20,980 bases of DNA, from the IMG/VR virus record IMGVR_UViG_2695420487_000014; one strand, 5' to 3'. How positions within the stretch are numbered: the first letter of the stretch is position 1; the number at the start of each line of letters is the position of its first letter. This DNA is from a virus. Lineage: Duplodnaviria > Heunggongvirae > Uroviricota > Caudoviricetes. The notes beneath the pieces are model-generated. The model saw only the letters and a list, made by a program, of their open reading frames with translations, made no database searches and was not told the DNA's origin. Below, one piece after another: positions 8,672-17,577 of the stretch. A program made the position numbers and the translations under genes.

Positions 8672-9133
8672 CTATCTGCACTGCTCATTAATATACTTCT
8701 GGGTTCCTTCCAGTTGTTTTTGCATAGTGATCAGCCTCTCTCTGAGGGTGAAATAATCCCGTTCAGCGGTGTCTGCCAGTCGGGGGGAGGCTGCATTATC
8801 CACGCCGGAGGCGGTGGTGGCTTCACGCACTGACTGACAGACTGCTTTGATGTGCAACCGACGACGACCAGCGGCAACATCATCACGCAGAGCATCATTT
8901 TCAGCTTTCGCATCAGCTAACTCCTTCGTGTATTTTGCATCGAGCGCAGCAACATCACGCTGACGCATCTGCATGTCAGTAATTGCCGCGTTCGCCAGCT
9001 TCAGTTCTCTGGCATTTTTGTCGCGCTGGGCTTTGTAGGTAATGGCGTTATCACGGTAATGATTAACAGCCCATGACAGGTAGACGATGATGCAGATAAC
9101 CAGAGCGGAGATAATCGCGGTTACTCTGTTCAT
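8672..9133 (-). CDS. Rz: Spanin inner-membrane subunit Rz (i-spanin), lambda type
   Basis: [80 protein letters not shown]... nearly identical to remembered lambda Rz; ATG at 9133 overlaps the R stop (ATGA). Confidence 0.9.
   Translation of the reverse strand: MNRVTAIISALVICIIVYLSWAVNHYRDNAITYKAQRDKNARELKLANAAITDMQMRQRDVAALDAKYTKELADAKAENDALRDDVAAGRRRLHIKAVCQSVREATTASGVDNAASPRLADTAERDYFTLRERLITMQKQLEGTQKYINEQCR
8731..8913 (-). CDS. Rz1: Spanin outer-membrane lipoprotein subunit Rz1 (o-spanin), embedded in Rz in the +1 frame
   Basis: [60 protein letters not shown] matches lambda Rz1; lipobox VVGC and proline-rich stalk. Confidence 0.85.
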   Translation of the reverse strand: MRKLKMMLCVMMLPLVVVGCTSKQSVSQCVKPPPPPAWIMQPPPDWQTPLNGIISPSERG

Positions 9134-9627
9134 TGCTGACCCCACAAACAGATTTCACGCTCAATCTCACGACGAGTCATGAGACCTTTCCATTGCTTAC
9201 CGCCAGCATATGTCCAGCGACGTAGCTGATCACATGCGCCTTTGATATCGCCCTGGTTTATTTTGCGAAGAAGCGTCGATGTTCTGAAATTGCCAGCACC
9301 CACGTTGTAAACGAATGAGTAAAGAGCGCCGCGCGTTGTTTCCGGTATATCGACTTTGATGTACGGGTTAATTTGTCTGGCGACAGTGGCAAGGTCTTTA
9401 TTCAAGAGTGCTTTGCATTCTGCTTTGGTATACGTTTTACCGAGCATGATGTCTTTTCCGGTGTGTCCGTGACATACAGTCCATACGCCAACGATATCTT
9501 TGTATGGTACGTAGCTGACACCTTCCAGACCATCGTTACCACTTGGGCCAGTAATTAACACTGATGCTATAGCAATTGCTCCGCCACCAATAGCAGCAGC
9601 AACGGCTTTTCGTAATGATGGAGGCAT
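9130..9627 (-). CDS. R: SAR endolysin (T4-lysozyme-family muramidase with N-terminal signal-anchor-release domain), phage 21 R / DLP12 RrrD type
   Basis: [57 protein letters not shown]...; Gly/Ala-rich weakly hydrophobic N-terminal SAR helix; ATG overlaps the holin stop (TAATG). Confidence 0.9.
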   Translation of the reverse strand: MPPSLRKAVAAAIGGGAIAIASVLITGPSGNDGLEGVSYVPYKDIVGVWTVCHGHTGKDIMLGKTYTKAECKALLNKDLATVARQINPYIKVDIPETTRGALYSFVYNVGAGNFRTSTLLRKINQGDIKGACDQLRRWTYAGGKQWKGLMTRREIEREICLWGQQ

Positions 9628-9842
9628 TATTCACCTCTCGCAGCCTTGCGCTTATCTTCTTTAATCTTGAAATAAAGGTTTGTCAGGTACGTCAGCAGGC
9701 CAAATACCAGGCTACCCAGCACACCTATTGCTGCCCACTGTGAGGGCGTGACTTTATCGAGCAGCTGTAAAAACCAGTAACCGGCACTACCTGCTGAGGT
9801 GCCATAGGCGACACCCGTTGTTAACTTATCCATGGATTTCAT
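9627..9842 (-). CDS. S: Pinholin (class II holin, phage 21 S21 / DLP12 EssD type), 71 aa with dual-start motif (M1, M4)
   Basis: [71 protein letters not shown]; the called ORF extends to 9887 but the conserved start is the ATG at 9842. Confidence 0.85.
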
Positions 9843-10429
9843 AACCCCACCTCGCAGACAAAGCGGGTGTAAATTGAGGGAATACAACGTATCGCAAAAA
9901 AGCAGAAACTTAACAGACTCGGAGTCAGTGAATAACTCAGGTATTGGGTTATCAGCTAATATCGAGACTCAAAAAATGGAAAAACCCGCTCGACGGCGGG
10001 TTTAAGCTGTGTGACGAAGTAACCACTCTTAACAGCATAACCAATTTTTTACGTACGTAAACCACTAAATGATATTTGCGAGAATGCTACCGAGTATTGA
10101 AAACACCACTACAAATACATAAGCAAATCTCAACAAATAACCAACAAATAATTTCCAGCGTTATTTTTAGCTGGTTTAAATTGAATCTTCAAATTATAGA
10201 GCACTTATAAATAACAGCCATTAATATAAATTGGCTAATAGATTTATTTTTATTCAGCCAAGAGCCATGAATAGGATTCGATAGAAAAAGTTCAGATAAA
10301 AATAGAGATCTACTTCACAAATCAAATGAGAAACCAAAACTTACATCTTGAAATAATCACATTGATTAGATGAATATTTATCGCGCAGTGACATCATTTT
10401 TTAATAATAGTTCAAAAAAAGGGCTCACG

Positions 10430-11512
10430 ATGAAAAAATTAACAGTGGCAATTTCTGCTGTAGCTGCATCAGTACTGATGGCGATGTCTGCTCAGGCAGC
10501 TGAAATTTATAATAAAGACAGTAACAAGCTGGATCTGTACGGGAAAGTTAATGCTAAGCACTACTTCTCCTCTAATGATGCAGATGATGGTGATACTACT
10601 TATGCCCGTCTTGGGTTCAAAGGTGAAACCCAAATCAACGATCAACTGACTGGTTTCGGTCAGTGGGAATATGAATTCAAAGGCAACCGCGCTGAATCTC
10701 AAGGTTCCTCCAAAGATAAAACCCGTCTTGCCTTCGCTGGCCTGAAATTCGGTGACTACGGCTCCATCGATTATGGCCGTAACTACGGTGTAGCATACGA
10801 TATTGGTGCATGGACCGACGTTCTGCCAGAATTCGGTGGCGATACCTGGACCCAAACAGATGTATTCATGACTGGTCGCACCACAGGTGTTGCAACTTAT
10901 CGTAACAATGACTTCTTTGGTCTGGTTGATGGTCTGAACTTTAGTGCTCAGTATCAGGGTAAAAATGACCGCACTGACGTAACTGAAGCTAATGGTGATG
11001 GTTTCGGTTTCTCCACTACTTATGAGTATGAAGGATTCGGTGTAGGTGCAACCTATGCTAAATCTGACCGCACTAATAATCAGGTTATCTACGGTAACAA
11101 CAGCCTGAATGCATCTGGTCAAAATGCTGAAGTATGGGCAGCTGGTCTGAAATATGATGCGAACAACATCTATCTGGCTACCACCTATTCTGAAACCCAG
11201 AACATGACTGTTTTTGGTAATAACCATATTGCCAACAAAGCACAAAACTTCGAAGTAGTTGCACAATATCAGTTCGACTTCGGTCTGCGTCCGTCCGTTG
11301 CTTACCTGCAATCTAAAGGAAAAGACTTGGGTGCGTGGGGTGATCAGGACCTGGTTGAATATATTGATGTAGGTGCAACCTATTACTTCAACAAAAATAT
11401 GTCCACTTTTGTTGATTACAAAATCAACCTGATTGATAAGAGCGATTTCACGAAAGCATCTGGCGTTGCTACCGATGATATCGTTGCTGTAGGTATGGTT
11501 TACCAGTTCTAA
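10430..11512 (+). CDS. nmpC: Outer membrane porin NmpC/OmpD family (OmpC paralogue), apparently intact
   Basis: [23 protein letters not shown] signal peptide, then [24 protein letters not shown]... and C-terminal ...[12 protein letters not shown] (terminal Phe beta-barrel signature); located between Q and S on the opposite strand as in DLP12. Confidence 0.9.
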   Translation: MKKLTVAISAVAASVLMAMSAQAAEIYNKDSNKLDLYGKVNAKHYFSSNDADDGDTTYARLGFKGETQINDQLTGFGQWEYEFKGNRAESQGSSKDKTRLAFAGLKFGDYGSIDYGRNYGVAYDIGAWTDVLPEFGGDTWTQTDVFMTGRTTGVATYRNNDFFGLVDGLNFSAQYQGKNDRTDVTEANGDGFGFSTTYEYEGFGVGATYAKSDRTNNQVIYGNNSLNASGQNAEVWAAGLKYDANNIYLATTYSETQNMTVFGNNHIANKAQNFEVVAQYQFDFGLRPSVAYLQSKGKDLGAWGDQDLVEYIDVGATYYFNKNMSTFVDYKINLIDKSDFTKASGVATDDIVAVGMVYQF

Positions 11513-11649
11513 TTTGATTACTAAAAGATATGTTGCGGGAGGCTTTGCCTCCCCAACATATAAGTGGCTCCCTCCAGCCACTTCCTTTAGGAGCACAACC
11601 TTGCTTCTAACTATATAAACCTTCTGTTATATATTACCCTTTATTTTTG

Positions 11650-11674
11650 GGGGCGTCTCAACGCCCCATTTTTA
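11650..11674 (+). terminator. Rho-independent terminator (GGGGCG-TCTCAA-CGCCCC followed by ATTTTTAATAATTTTT), probably the nmpC transcript terminator
   Basis: 6-bp GC stem, 6-nt loop and T-run, ~140 nt downstream of the nmpC stop. Confidence 0.5.
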
Positions 11675-11700
11675 ATAATTTTTAGTAAACAATTGGCATA

Positions 11701-12084
11701 TTAATTAGAGTTATTAACAACGATATCCATCTCTAACCGGATATCTAATGCCATTAACATCCCTTCAATTATACCCTCAGCCTTCTGTAACCTTTTCCCG
11801 ATATAACCATCAGAGCAGCAATGCTTACCTGCCAGTGACATGAATGTCATACCGACTACATAATAATCTACTAATAAATCGTGCAAATCGCTGTTGTTCT
11901 TTTTCAGACGGGCCATGCACCCGCAAATGATCATCGCGTCATCGTCACAACATTGCGGGCGAGATTTTACTTTTGAAGTAATTAATCCCTTAAAACCGGC
12001 GGCAATGGACGACCAGGTCACATCTTCATGATTATTAGCCGCCCACGCTCCCCAACGCTCAAGAACCATCTGAATATCACGCAT
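11701..12084 (-). CDS. quuD: Late-gene antiterminator Q (phage 82 / DLP12 QuuD type), 127 aa
   Basis: [94 protein letters not shown]...; GGAG Shine-Dalgarno 8 nt upstream of the ATG at 12084 (the called ORF starts at an upstream TTG). Confidence 0.85.
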   Translation of the reverse strand: MRDIQMVLERWGAWAANNHEDVTWSSIAAGFKGLITSKVKSRPQCCDDDAMIICGCMARLKKNNSDLHDLLVDYYVVGMTFMSLAGKHCCSDGYIGKRLQKAEGIIEGMLMALDIRLEMDIVVNNSN

Positions 12085-12169
12085 CAACTTACTCCACAAA
12101 AATCAGACCAGAACGCCAATTACAAGCAAAAATCAATAAAACAGTATTAGTTGATTGTTATCTCTGACT

Positions 12170-12310
12170 TCATACTCCTGCTCCTGTCAGGGTTTTGGCG
12201 TAATTCCTCAGTATTCGGTAATCGGTCAAAACAGAACTGGGGAAACGATATAAGCGCAGGCGCATCCAGCGGTGGCGAAGAAGTTCTGCCATATTAAACT
12301 CAAACATCAT
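12170..12310 (-). CDS. ylcG: Small nin-region protein, YlcG-like, 46 aa
   Basis: [46 protein letters not shown]; start overlaps the rusA stop; recalled as present between rusA and quuD in DLP12. Confidence 0.45.
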   Translation of the reverse strand: MMFEFNMAELLRHRWMRLRLYRFPSSVLTDYRILRNYAKTLTGAGV

Positions 12311-12669
12311 TCATTCCCCATTTCGGTGATGGTCAGTTCCAGCCTCCCACCTTTGGTAACAGGCATCTTCACAACGCGGTAATCAACGACCTGAGCATCA
12401 TCCAGCCAGAAACCTGCTTTGGTGAGTGCGTCAAAAGCGGCTTTTTGCAGATTATCCAGGTCACGGCGACGGCGATCCGGCATGTGGCACTCAATACGGA
12501 TTTTCACTGGCATAGCCAGGCCGATATCCAGCATTGCGTTTTTAATGATTCGGGTGACGTTATCGCGGTATGCCTGCCCTTCTGCGCTGATGTGTGTGCG
12601 CCCGCGATTATGGCGGTAATAGCGATTATTGCTCGGAGGCCAGGGTAATGTGATGCTGTAGGTATTCAC
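12307..12669 (-). CDS. rusA: Holliday-junction resolvase RusA
   Basis: [120 protein letters not shown]; GTG start overlapping the ybcO stop (GTGA). Confidence 0.9.
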   Translation of the reverse strand: MNTYSITLPWPPSNNRYYRHNRGRTHISAEGQAYRDNVTRIIKNAMLDIGLAMPVKIRIECHMPDRRRRDLDNLQKAAFDALTKAGFWLDDAQVVDYRVVKMPVTKGGRLELTITEMGNE

Positions 12670-12956
12670 GCCTTAATAACCCCCTCTTTCAGCCAGATAA
12701 CCTGTGTTCTCGCCATACCTTCCAGCGCGCATTCTTTTGCATATGCAGCATCGACAAAATGTGTGCGGCGGTCGATTTCGTCGTGGCAGGCAGAACATGC
12801 AATGGTGGCAATCAGGTCTGGCGGTTTCGTACCGGTGCCGCACAATCCAGTCAGCCGGATATGTGCCAGTACAGACGTTTCAGGGTTGCCATTACATACG
12901 CCAGGGATTCTTACCTGGCATTCCCGACCACGCGCTGCTTTTCTCAAATCAGCCAT
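12666..12956 (-). CDS. ybcO: YbcO-like nin-region protein (DUF1364; Cys-rich putative nuclease), 96 aa
   Basis: [96 protein letters not shown]; the called ORF extends upstream to 12995. Confidence 0.75.
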   Translation of the reverse strand: MADLRKAARGRECQVRIPGVCNGNPETSVLAHIRLTGLCGTGTKPPDLIATIACSACHDEIDRRTHFVDAAYAKECALEGMARTQVIWLKEGVIKA

Positions 12957-13119
12957 GACTCCTCCTTGCTGCCAGTCGCAACCATTTTTTATCAACCAGG
13001 CTGGCGGTATATCCGAGCAGTGTTGGTATTTCGGAAGGCTTCAGCTCCGGTTTACGCTTACGACGATTTGGTACTCTGTAGATGTGTCCGTTCATGACAC
13101 GAATAAGCGGTGTAGCCAT
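12949..13119 (-). CDS. ninE: NinE-like protein, 56 aa (below the ORF-track size cutoff)
   Basis: [56 protein letters not shown]; ATG shares a base with the ybcN stop (TAATG); 3' end overlaps the ybcO start. Confidence 0.65.
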   Translation of the reverse strand: MATPLIRVMNGHIYRVPNRRKRKPELKPSEIPTLLGYTASLVDKKWLRLAARRSHG

Positions 13120-13574
13120 TACGCCTCCTGTTTGTCGCGGAGCTGCTGGAACTCGCAGCTCTGCGGAATAGTCAGGTGGCAGCCAATATTCACCGCCCAG
13201 GCTTCAACCTTACACAGGAAGATATACATCTCTCCGGTATCAAGATCGGAGGTATGGCGTAACGACTGGATAGTAGTGATTTCGCCGGTTACGACATCAA
13301 CCAGGTCCTTGGTTTCATAACCGAGGTATGTGTGTTTGAGAGCATCTTTTACCCATGCTGCGGTAGCGAACGATTTCCCCCTGCTGATGAGGTATTCACT
13401 GATTTCGCTGTACCACATGTGGCTGAGTGCATTCTGGGAAAGACTGCGTTTCTCACGCCACGGTTTAAGCACCATGCGAAAGCATTTTCCGTCCTCCAGA
13501 TAAGGCTGGATCTGCTGGCCGATAGCGGTGAAGTTACCGCGATGCAGTTTGATGCCATCTTGTGGTAGGTTCAC
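13119..13574 (-). CDS. ybcN: YbcN-like nin-region protein (DUF1367), 151 aa
   Basis: [69 protein letters not shown]...; GTG start. Confidence 0.8.
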   Translation of the reverse strand: MNLPQDGIKLHRGNFTAIGQQIQPYLEDGKCFRMVLKPWREKRSLSQNALSHMWYSEISEYLISRGKSFATAAWVKDALKHTYLGYETKDLVDVVTGEITTIQSLRHTSDLDTGEMYIFLCKVEAWAVNIGCHLTIPQSCEFQQLRDKQEA

Positions 13575-13672
13575 GCTTCACCTCCGCAGAGGTCAGACGC
13601 TGGATGCAAAAAATCGCAGGTGCATTTCTGCATCTGTGAAGGGAGAAGAGAGTTTGGATTGTATGTGCGCAT
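13571..13672 (-). CDS. ylcH: Small ORF, YlcH-like, 33 aa
   Basis: [33 protein letters not shown]; its stop overlaps the ybcN GTG start (GTGA); assignment rests on recollection of a short gene upstream of ybcN in DLP12. Confidence 0.35.
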   Translation of the reverse strand: MRTYNPNSLLPSQMQKCTCDFLHPASDLCGGEA

Positions 13673-13764
13673 AAACGTCCCCGTTTAGCGCAGAAGTCAC
13701 CGGAGTTGTTCAAGCTCCGATGACTTTATTATTACGAATTGATTTTACAAAATCAAAAGGTATG

Positions 13765-14217
13765 TTAGTGACGCGGGTCTGTTATTATGCGAGAAGGGTT
13801 TCCGTATAAAACAAGGACCTTACTTCCTTGAGTAAATAACGGATCTTTGCCTTGAACAATGGTCATTAAATTCCCATTCTCAGTTTCGACAACATATTCC
13901 ATGCCTGTTTGTTTTGTTGCTGAAGATTCGATTGCTGCCCCGGCAATACCACCAATGACTGCACCACCAACGGCACCAACGATATTAGAACGAACTCCCC
14001 CACCAAGCGCAGAACCAGCGGTTGCCCCCACGGCAGCCCCAGCAGTCCCGCCTAACGCGGAAGTCCCACTGATATCAACCCCCCTAGCACTAATAACTGT
14101 ACCAGCGATAGTTCGATTAACCATGCCCACAGAGCCAACAGAATAACTATTTGGCGATATATTTTGTGCGCATCCAACCAACACTAAGAGTGGAGCAATT
14201 ACGAATAATCGCTTCAT
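13765..14217 (-). CDS. Outer-membrane lipoprotein with glycine-zipper domain, SlyB/Pcp-like, 150 aa
   Basis: Lipobox LVGC; central Gly/Ala zipper GGTAGAAVGATAGSALGGGVRSNIVGAVGGAVIGGIAGAAI; C-terminal ...GNLMTIVQGKDPLFTQGSKVLVLYG parallels the SlyB C-terminal beta segment; ATG overlaps the stop of the upstream lipoprotein gene (ATGA). Confidence 0.7.
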   Translation of the reverse strand: MKRLFVIAPLLVLVGCAQNISPNSYSVGSVGMVNRTIAGTVISARGVDISGTSALGGTAGAAVGATAGSALGGGVRSNIVGAVGGAVIGGIAGAAIESSATKQTGMEYVVETENGNLMTIVQGKDPLFTQGSKVLVLYGNPSRIITDPRH

Positions 14218-14774
14218 TTAGCTACCCTAACAGGAAACATTGGACGAGAAAGATCAACACTTTCTAATGCTTGCAAGAACTGCGTTATGTTGTTTTGCAC
14301 CGCGCGATTAACAGATTCGCGTGCTCGAACAATACCGTAGAATGCGTAACTGGCTGGAACAGTACCGGTAGACTCAATATCCTGCGTATATATAATATCA
14401 CCATTCGCACGGTTGATTATTTCATACCTTGCAATTGCTTTAGTTGTCATTGAAACACCAAAAGCAGGAACGTCAAGAGCCAACACTTTAACATTTAAGC
14501 TAACCGTATTTGGTGAACTATCACGAAAAATAGTCATTCGGTCGAGTGCTTCCTGCAAAGATTCACGCCAAATTGGAGTTATAGCCTCCATACCAGCAGT
14601 GATATCCCCTTTCTGCTCATCTGGACGAGCAAGTGATACCGTTAATGACTTAATTTCAGCATCTATTTTTTTCTGGCTAACTCCCACGTTAGGTGTTGAA
14701 AAATTCAATGGTGGCACACTAGCGCAACCTGTTAAAGAACCAATAATCATGGCTAATAATATTATCTTCTTCAT
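14214..14774 (-). CDS. Lipoprotein of unknown function, 186 aa (first gene of a two-lipoprotein operon)
   Basis: MKKIILLAMIIGSLTGCASVPP... with lipobox LTGC; AAGG Shine-Dalgarno 6 nt upstream; translationally coupled to the SlyB-like gene. Confidence 0.7.
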   Translation of the reverse strand: MKKIILLAMIIGSLTGCASVPPLNFSTPNVGVSQKKIDAEIKSLTVSLARPDEQKGDITAGMEAITPIWRESLQEALDRMTIFRDSSPNTVSLNVKVLALDVPAFGVSMTTKAIARYEIINRANGDIIYTQDIESTGTVPASYAFYGIVRARESVNRAVQNNITQFLQALESVDLSRPMFPVRVAK

Positions 14775-15030
14775 AAATTTACCTTATTGTTATAACCAAA
14801 GGAATTATAAAGTAAAAAAGTTCACTATCACTAGCCATTAACGACATCAATTTCAGAGAAACATGGTACTCATTTCCACAAATTTGACACAAGTCATTTT
14901 CACCTACATATTCCATCATACTTGATGCATATGTTATTGAAGCCTCTATCCTATCCGTTCATAATAGCAATAGTTACCCGGGTGATAGTACCTCTATGAT
15001 TACTCGTCTTTCTGATTGATTGGATTAAAT

Positions 15031-15222
15031 ATGCGCGCCAAAATTTATCAACTTTCGTTATGGATATTTATTTCGTTTCTAGCGATCTATGCCTTTATTA
15101 TCTATAAAGGTTCTTATATTGGAGTAGCATTGCATCAAATTGCTTGGATCATCATTATTGCCTCTGGCTTGATTGCTAGGCTAACTAAACCAAAGCAAAA
15201 ACCAATTTCGTCCAATAATTAG
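15031..15222 (+). CDS. Possible small two-helix membrane protein, ~63 aa from the ATG (ORF open from TTG at 15016)
   Basis: MRAKIYQLSLWIFISFLAIYAFIIYKGSYIGVALHQIAWIIIIASGLIARLTKPKQKPISSNN: two hydrophobic helices and a basic tail; divergent from the lipoprotein operon; weak RBS and AT-rich, so it may be a chance ORF. Confidence 0.3.
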   Translation: MRAKIYQLSLWIFISFLAIYAFIIYKGSYIGVALHQIAWIIIIASGLIARLTKPKQKPISSNN

Positions 15223-15379
15223 ACATGTATTAAAAAAATGATATTTTTATGTACATAGTCTATTGAAAATTGCCGCGATAAAATGCCAACACCCGCTTCA
15301 TCGCGGCACTCTGGCGACACTCCTTGAAAATCAGATTCGTGCTCACCTTTCCTTCCCGTTCTTCCCTGGTAGCGAACCG

Positions 15380-15827
15380 GTAATCATCCGATCTGCGTTA
15401 CCGAGTGGATGGATGAATGCCGCCGCGAACCATTCAAAACCCGCGAAGGCAGAGAAATTACGGGGCCGTGGCAGTCGCATCCCAAACGGATGTTACGGCA
15501 TAAAGCCATGATTCAGTGGCCCGTCTGGCCTTCGGATTTGCTGGTATCTATGACAAGGATGAAGCCGAGCGCATTGTCGAAAATACCGCATACACCGCAG
15601 AACGTCAGCCGGAACGCGACATTACTCCGGTTAACGATGAAACCATGCAGGAGATTAACACTCTGCTGATTGCCCTGGACAAAACATGGGATGACGACTT
15701 ATTGCCGCTCTGTTCCCAGATATTTCGCCGCGACATTCGCGCATCGTCAGAACTGACACAGGCCGAAGCAGTGAAAGCTCTTGGATTCCTGAAACAGAAA
15801 GCCACTGAGCAGAAGGTGGCAGCATGA
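15380..15827 (+). pseudogene. bet: Recombination protein Bet (lambda RecT-like), C-terminal ~150 codons only, with a 1-bp deletion frameshift near 15517
   Basis: NHPICVTEWMDECRREPFKTREGREITGPWQSHPKRMLRHKAMIQ in one frame and ARLAFGFAGIYDKDEAERIVENTAYTAERQPERDITPVNDETMQEINTLLIALDKTWDDDLLPLCSQIFRRDIRASSELTQAEAVKALGFLKQKATEQKVAA in the next, together matching remembered lambda Bet; upstream of ~15380 homology is lost. Confidence 0.85.
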
Positions 15828-15880
15828 CACCGGACATTATCCTGCAGCGTACCATCGATTGTGCTGACACTGCTGGATGA
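15824..15880 (+). pseudogene. exo: Exonuclease Exo 5' stub (first ~10 codons MTPDIILQRT, then unrelated sequence and a stop after 18 codons)
   Basis: ATG overlaps the bet stop in the lambda arrangement (GCAGCATGACACCGG); downstream sequence does not continue as exo. Confidence 0.5.
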
Positions 15881-16302
15881 ACGGGAAAGAAACCAGCAGT
15901 ACATCAAACGCCGCGACCAGGAGAACGAGGATATTGCGCTAACGGTGAGGAAACTGCGTGTTGAGCTGGAGACAGCAAAAATCAAAACTCAACGAGCAGC
16001 GTGAGTAGAAGGTGTTATCTCGGATGGAAGTAAGCGTATTGCTGAAATGGAGGCCTGGGTTGAATACACAAGAGCTGCATACGTAAGAGCAAAAGACAAG
16101 GGAGATTTGATCAGAGTTATTACCCGACAACCAACGGGATTTTACGCTTACGTACCATGTAATTAGGAATCCTTGAAGTGGCAGCCTAACTGCGGATACA
16201 CTGAAATGGCGATTTGGTAACATGTTTCGCACAAGGCTGTTACTACGCTTAAAGATAATCAGCCATGATTAAACGCTTTGTAAAAAGTAAAAGGAAATTA
16301 CA

Positions 16303-16917
16303 ATGAAAAAATCAATACTAATTTTAGGGCTTACGTTAATTGTCTCATCTCAAATACCATCGGCAATGGCAAAAAATGAATCAAGACTTTGGGTTGTTGT
16401 TGATCGAACGGAAAGACATACCTGCCCTTCAAGTAAATGTGGAGTGGCTGGGAAACTATTTTTCAGGGAAGGCGTAGATTTTCTAGAAAAAAAAGGTGAA
16501 TGGGTTCGTATAACTGAGCCATATTCAGCCTCATGTGTGGGAGGGGAAAGCGAATATATTAAAGAAGGTAATAAATCCTGCACAAGAAAAAACGGAATCG
16601 TCAATGGCAAGTTTTCAGAATGGGTTAAACTTAGTGATCTTAGCAGTGAAAGGCCATCAGATCCTGCTGAAAATGCGAGCGGAGATGATACTTTAATCAA
16701 AGGATCTGATGACTACCGTATATACAAAAAAGAGTTTTCTTCGGCAGCTAGGAAGTTAATAAACGAAGGGGTCTGCACGGAAAGCGACTTTAAGGAAATC
16801 GGAGGGTGGATGGCATCAAGCAATAAGGGGAAAAACATCTATTTCACATATTGCGGAGGAATGACGTTGTCGAACAGAATATACCTAGACGTTAAAAGTG
16901 GAAAGACTTTTAGATAA
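16303..16917 (+). CDS. Secreted protein of unknown function, 204 aa, low GC, Cys-containing
   Basis: Signal peptide MKKSILILGLTLIVSSQIPSAMA (AMA then K, SPase I type, no lipobox); 8 Cys in the mature part; N-terminal segment RLWVVVDRTERHTCPSSKCGVAGKLFFREGVDFLEKKGEWVRI is SH3b-like by eye. Confidence 0.6.
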   Translation: MKKSILILGLTLIVSSQIPSAMAKNESRLWVVVDRTERHTCPSSKCGVAGKLFFREGVDFLEKKGEWVRITEPYSASCVGGESEYIKEGNKSCTRKNGIVNGKFSEWVKLSDLSSERPSDPAENASGDDTLIKGSDDYRIYKKEFSSAARKLINEGVCTESDFKEIGGWMASSNKGKNIYFTYCGGMTLSNRIYLDVKSGKTFR

Positions 16918-16988
16918 TATGATATTACCAATGACAGTATTAATTTAATGCCTCCATAGAATTATCTCTAGGAAGTATGTATAAGAAA

Positions 16989-17025
16989 AGCCCGCACAAT
17001 GAGCTGCTGCGGGCTTTGTGTTATT
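16989..17025 (+). terminator. Probable rho-independent terminator of the 204-aa gene (8-bp stem AGCCCGCA/TGCGGGCT, then TTGTGTTATT)
   Basis: Inverted repeat plus T-rich tail ~70 nt downstream of the stop. Confidence 0.45.
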
Positions 17026-17577
17026 CGCCATATTTTATGAAGCAAATACGACACTATAGATAATTAAGCGTTGCTGGTTGTCGATTCCTCACTCACTCCT
17101 GTTGATGGCTCTCTTCTTGTATGTGCCATTGAAGGGTAATATCGAGTAAAAAGATACCGGAAGTATCCGCGCCGCCATGATTGTCTTTCTCCTAATGCAG
17201 GAAAAGCAGAATGGCTAAATCATCAGCAGAGCGCAAAGTCGATCAGAGAGCCAAGCAAGCATCATCCGGTATGCGTAAGCTGGAGCTTGTACTTGATGCT
17301 CAGGAAATTGAAATGCTGGATCGTAACTGAGCCACGCGCCGCTTCAGGCATGCGCCTTACGAGTTTGGTGAGTACATCGCGTTACTGAGCCGCCAGGATG
17401 ATGCACGTGTGCGCTAGCGTATAAAATCGATCAGCAGAAAACGTTGCGGTAAGTGCGGCGAGAGAGTTCCTGTTAATTCATGCCCGTGTAATGGTGACTC
17501 ACAATGCTGGGTGACCAAAGGCTGGCACGAAACAAAATTAATGATATAAATCTCTGTGACATGTCACGGAGGCGGCA

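Noticed and set aside
10469-11596. 375-aa minus-strand ORF antisense to nmpC
   Set aside because: It is the antisense shadow of a confidently identified porin gene, with no start context or homology.
11513-11700. Calling a defined IpeX/6S-like ncRNA gene with exact ends
   Set aside because: Hairpins and a plausible -10 element are present, but I cannot fix the promoter or the terminator with confidence and do not reliably remember which side of nmpC the DLP12 sRNA maps to; kept as a finding only.
12419-13568. Plus-strand ORFs (12419..12619, 12445..12648, 12704..12958, 12759..13097, 12763..13320, 13332..13568) across the nin region
   Set aside because: All are antisense to the densely packed, translationally coupled ylcH-ybcN-ninE-ybcO-rusA genes and have no independent support.
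13859-14841. Plus-strand ORFs (13859..14146, 14271..14453, 14413..14841) across the lipoprotein operon
   Set aside because: They are antisense to two lipobox-containing coupled genes with good RBS; 13859..14146 is the Pro/Ala-rich mirror of the glycine zipper.
15263-15511. 82-aa ORF MKIAAIKCQHPL... upstream of bet
   Set aside because: It spans the insertion/bet junction in the wrong frame for bet and has no RBS; likely a chance ORF created by the junction.
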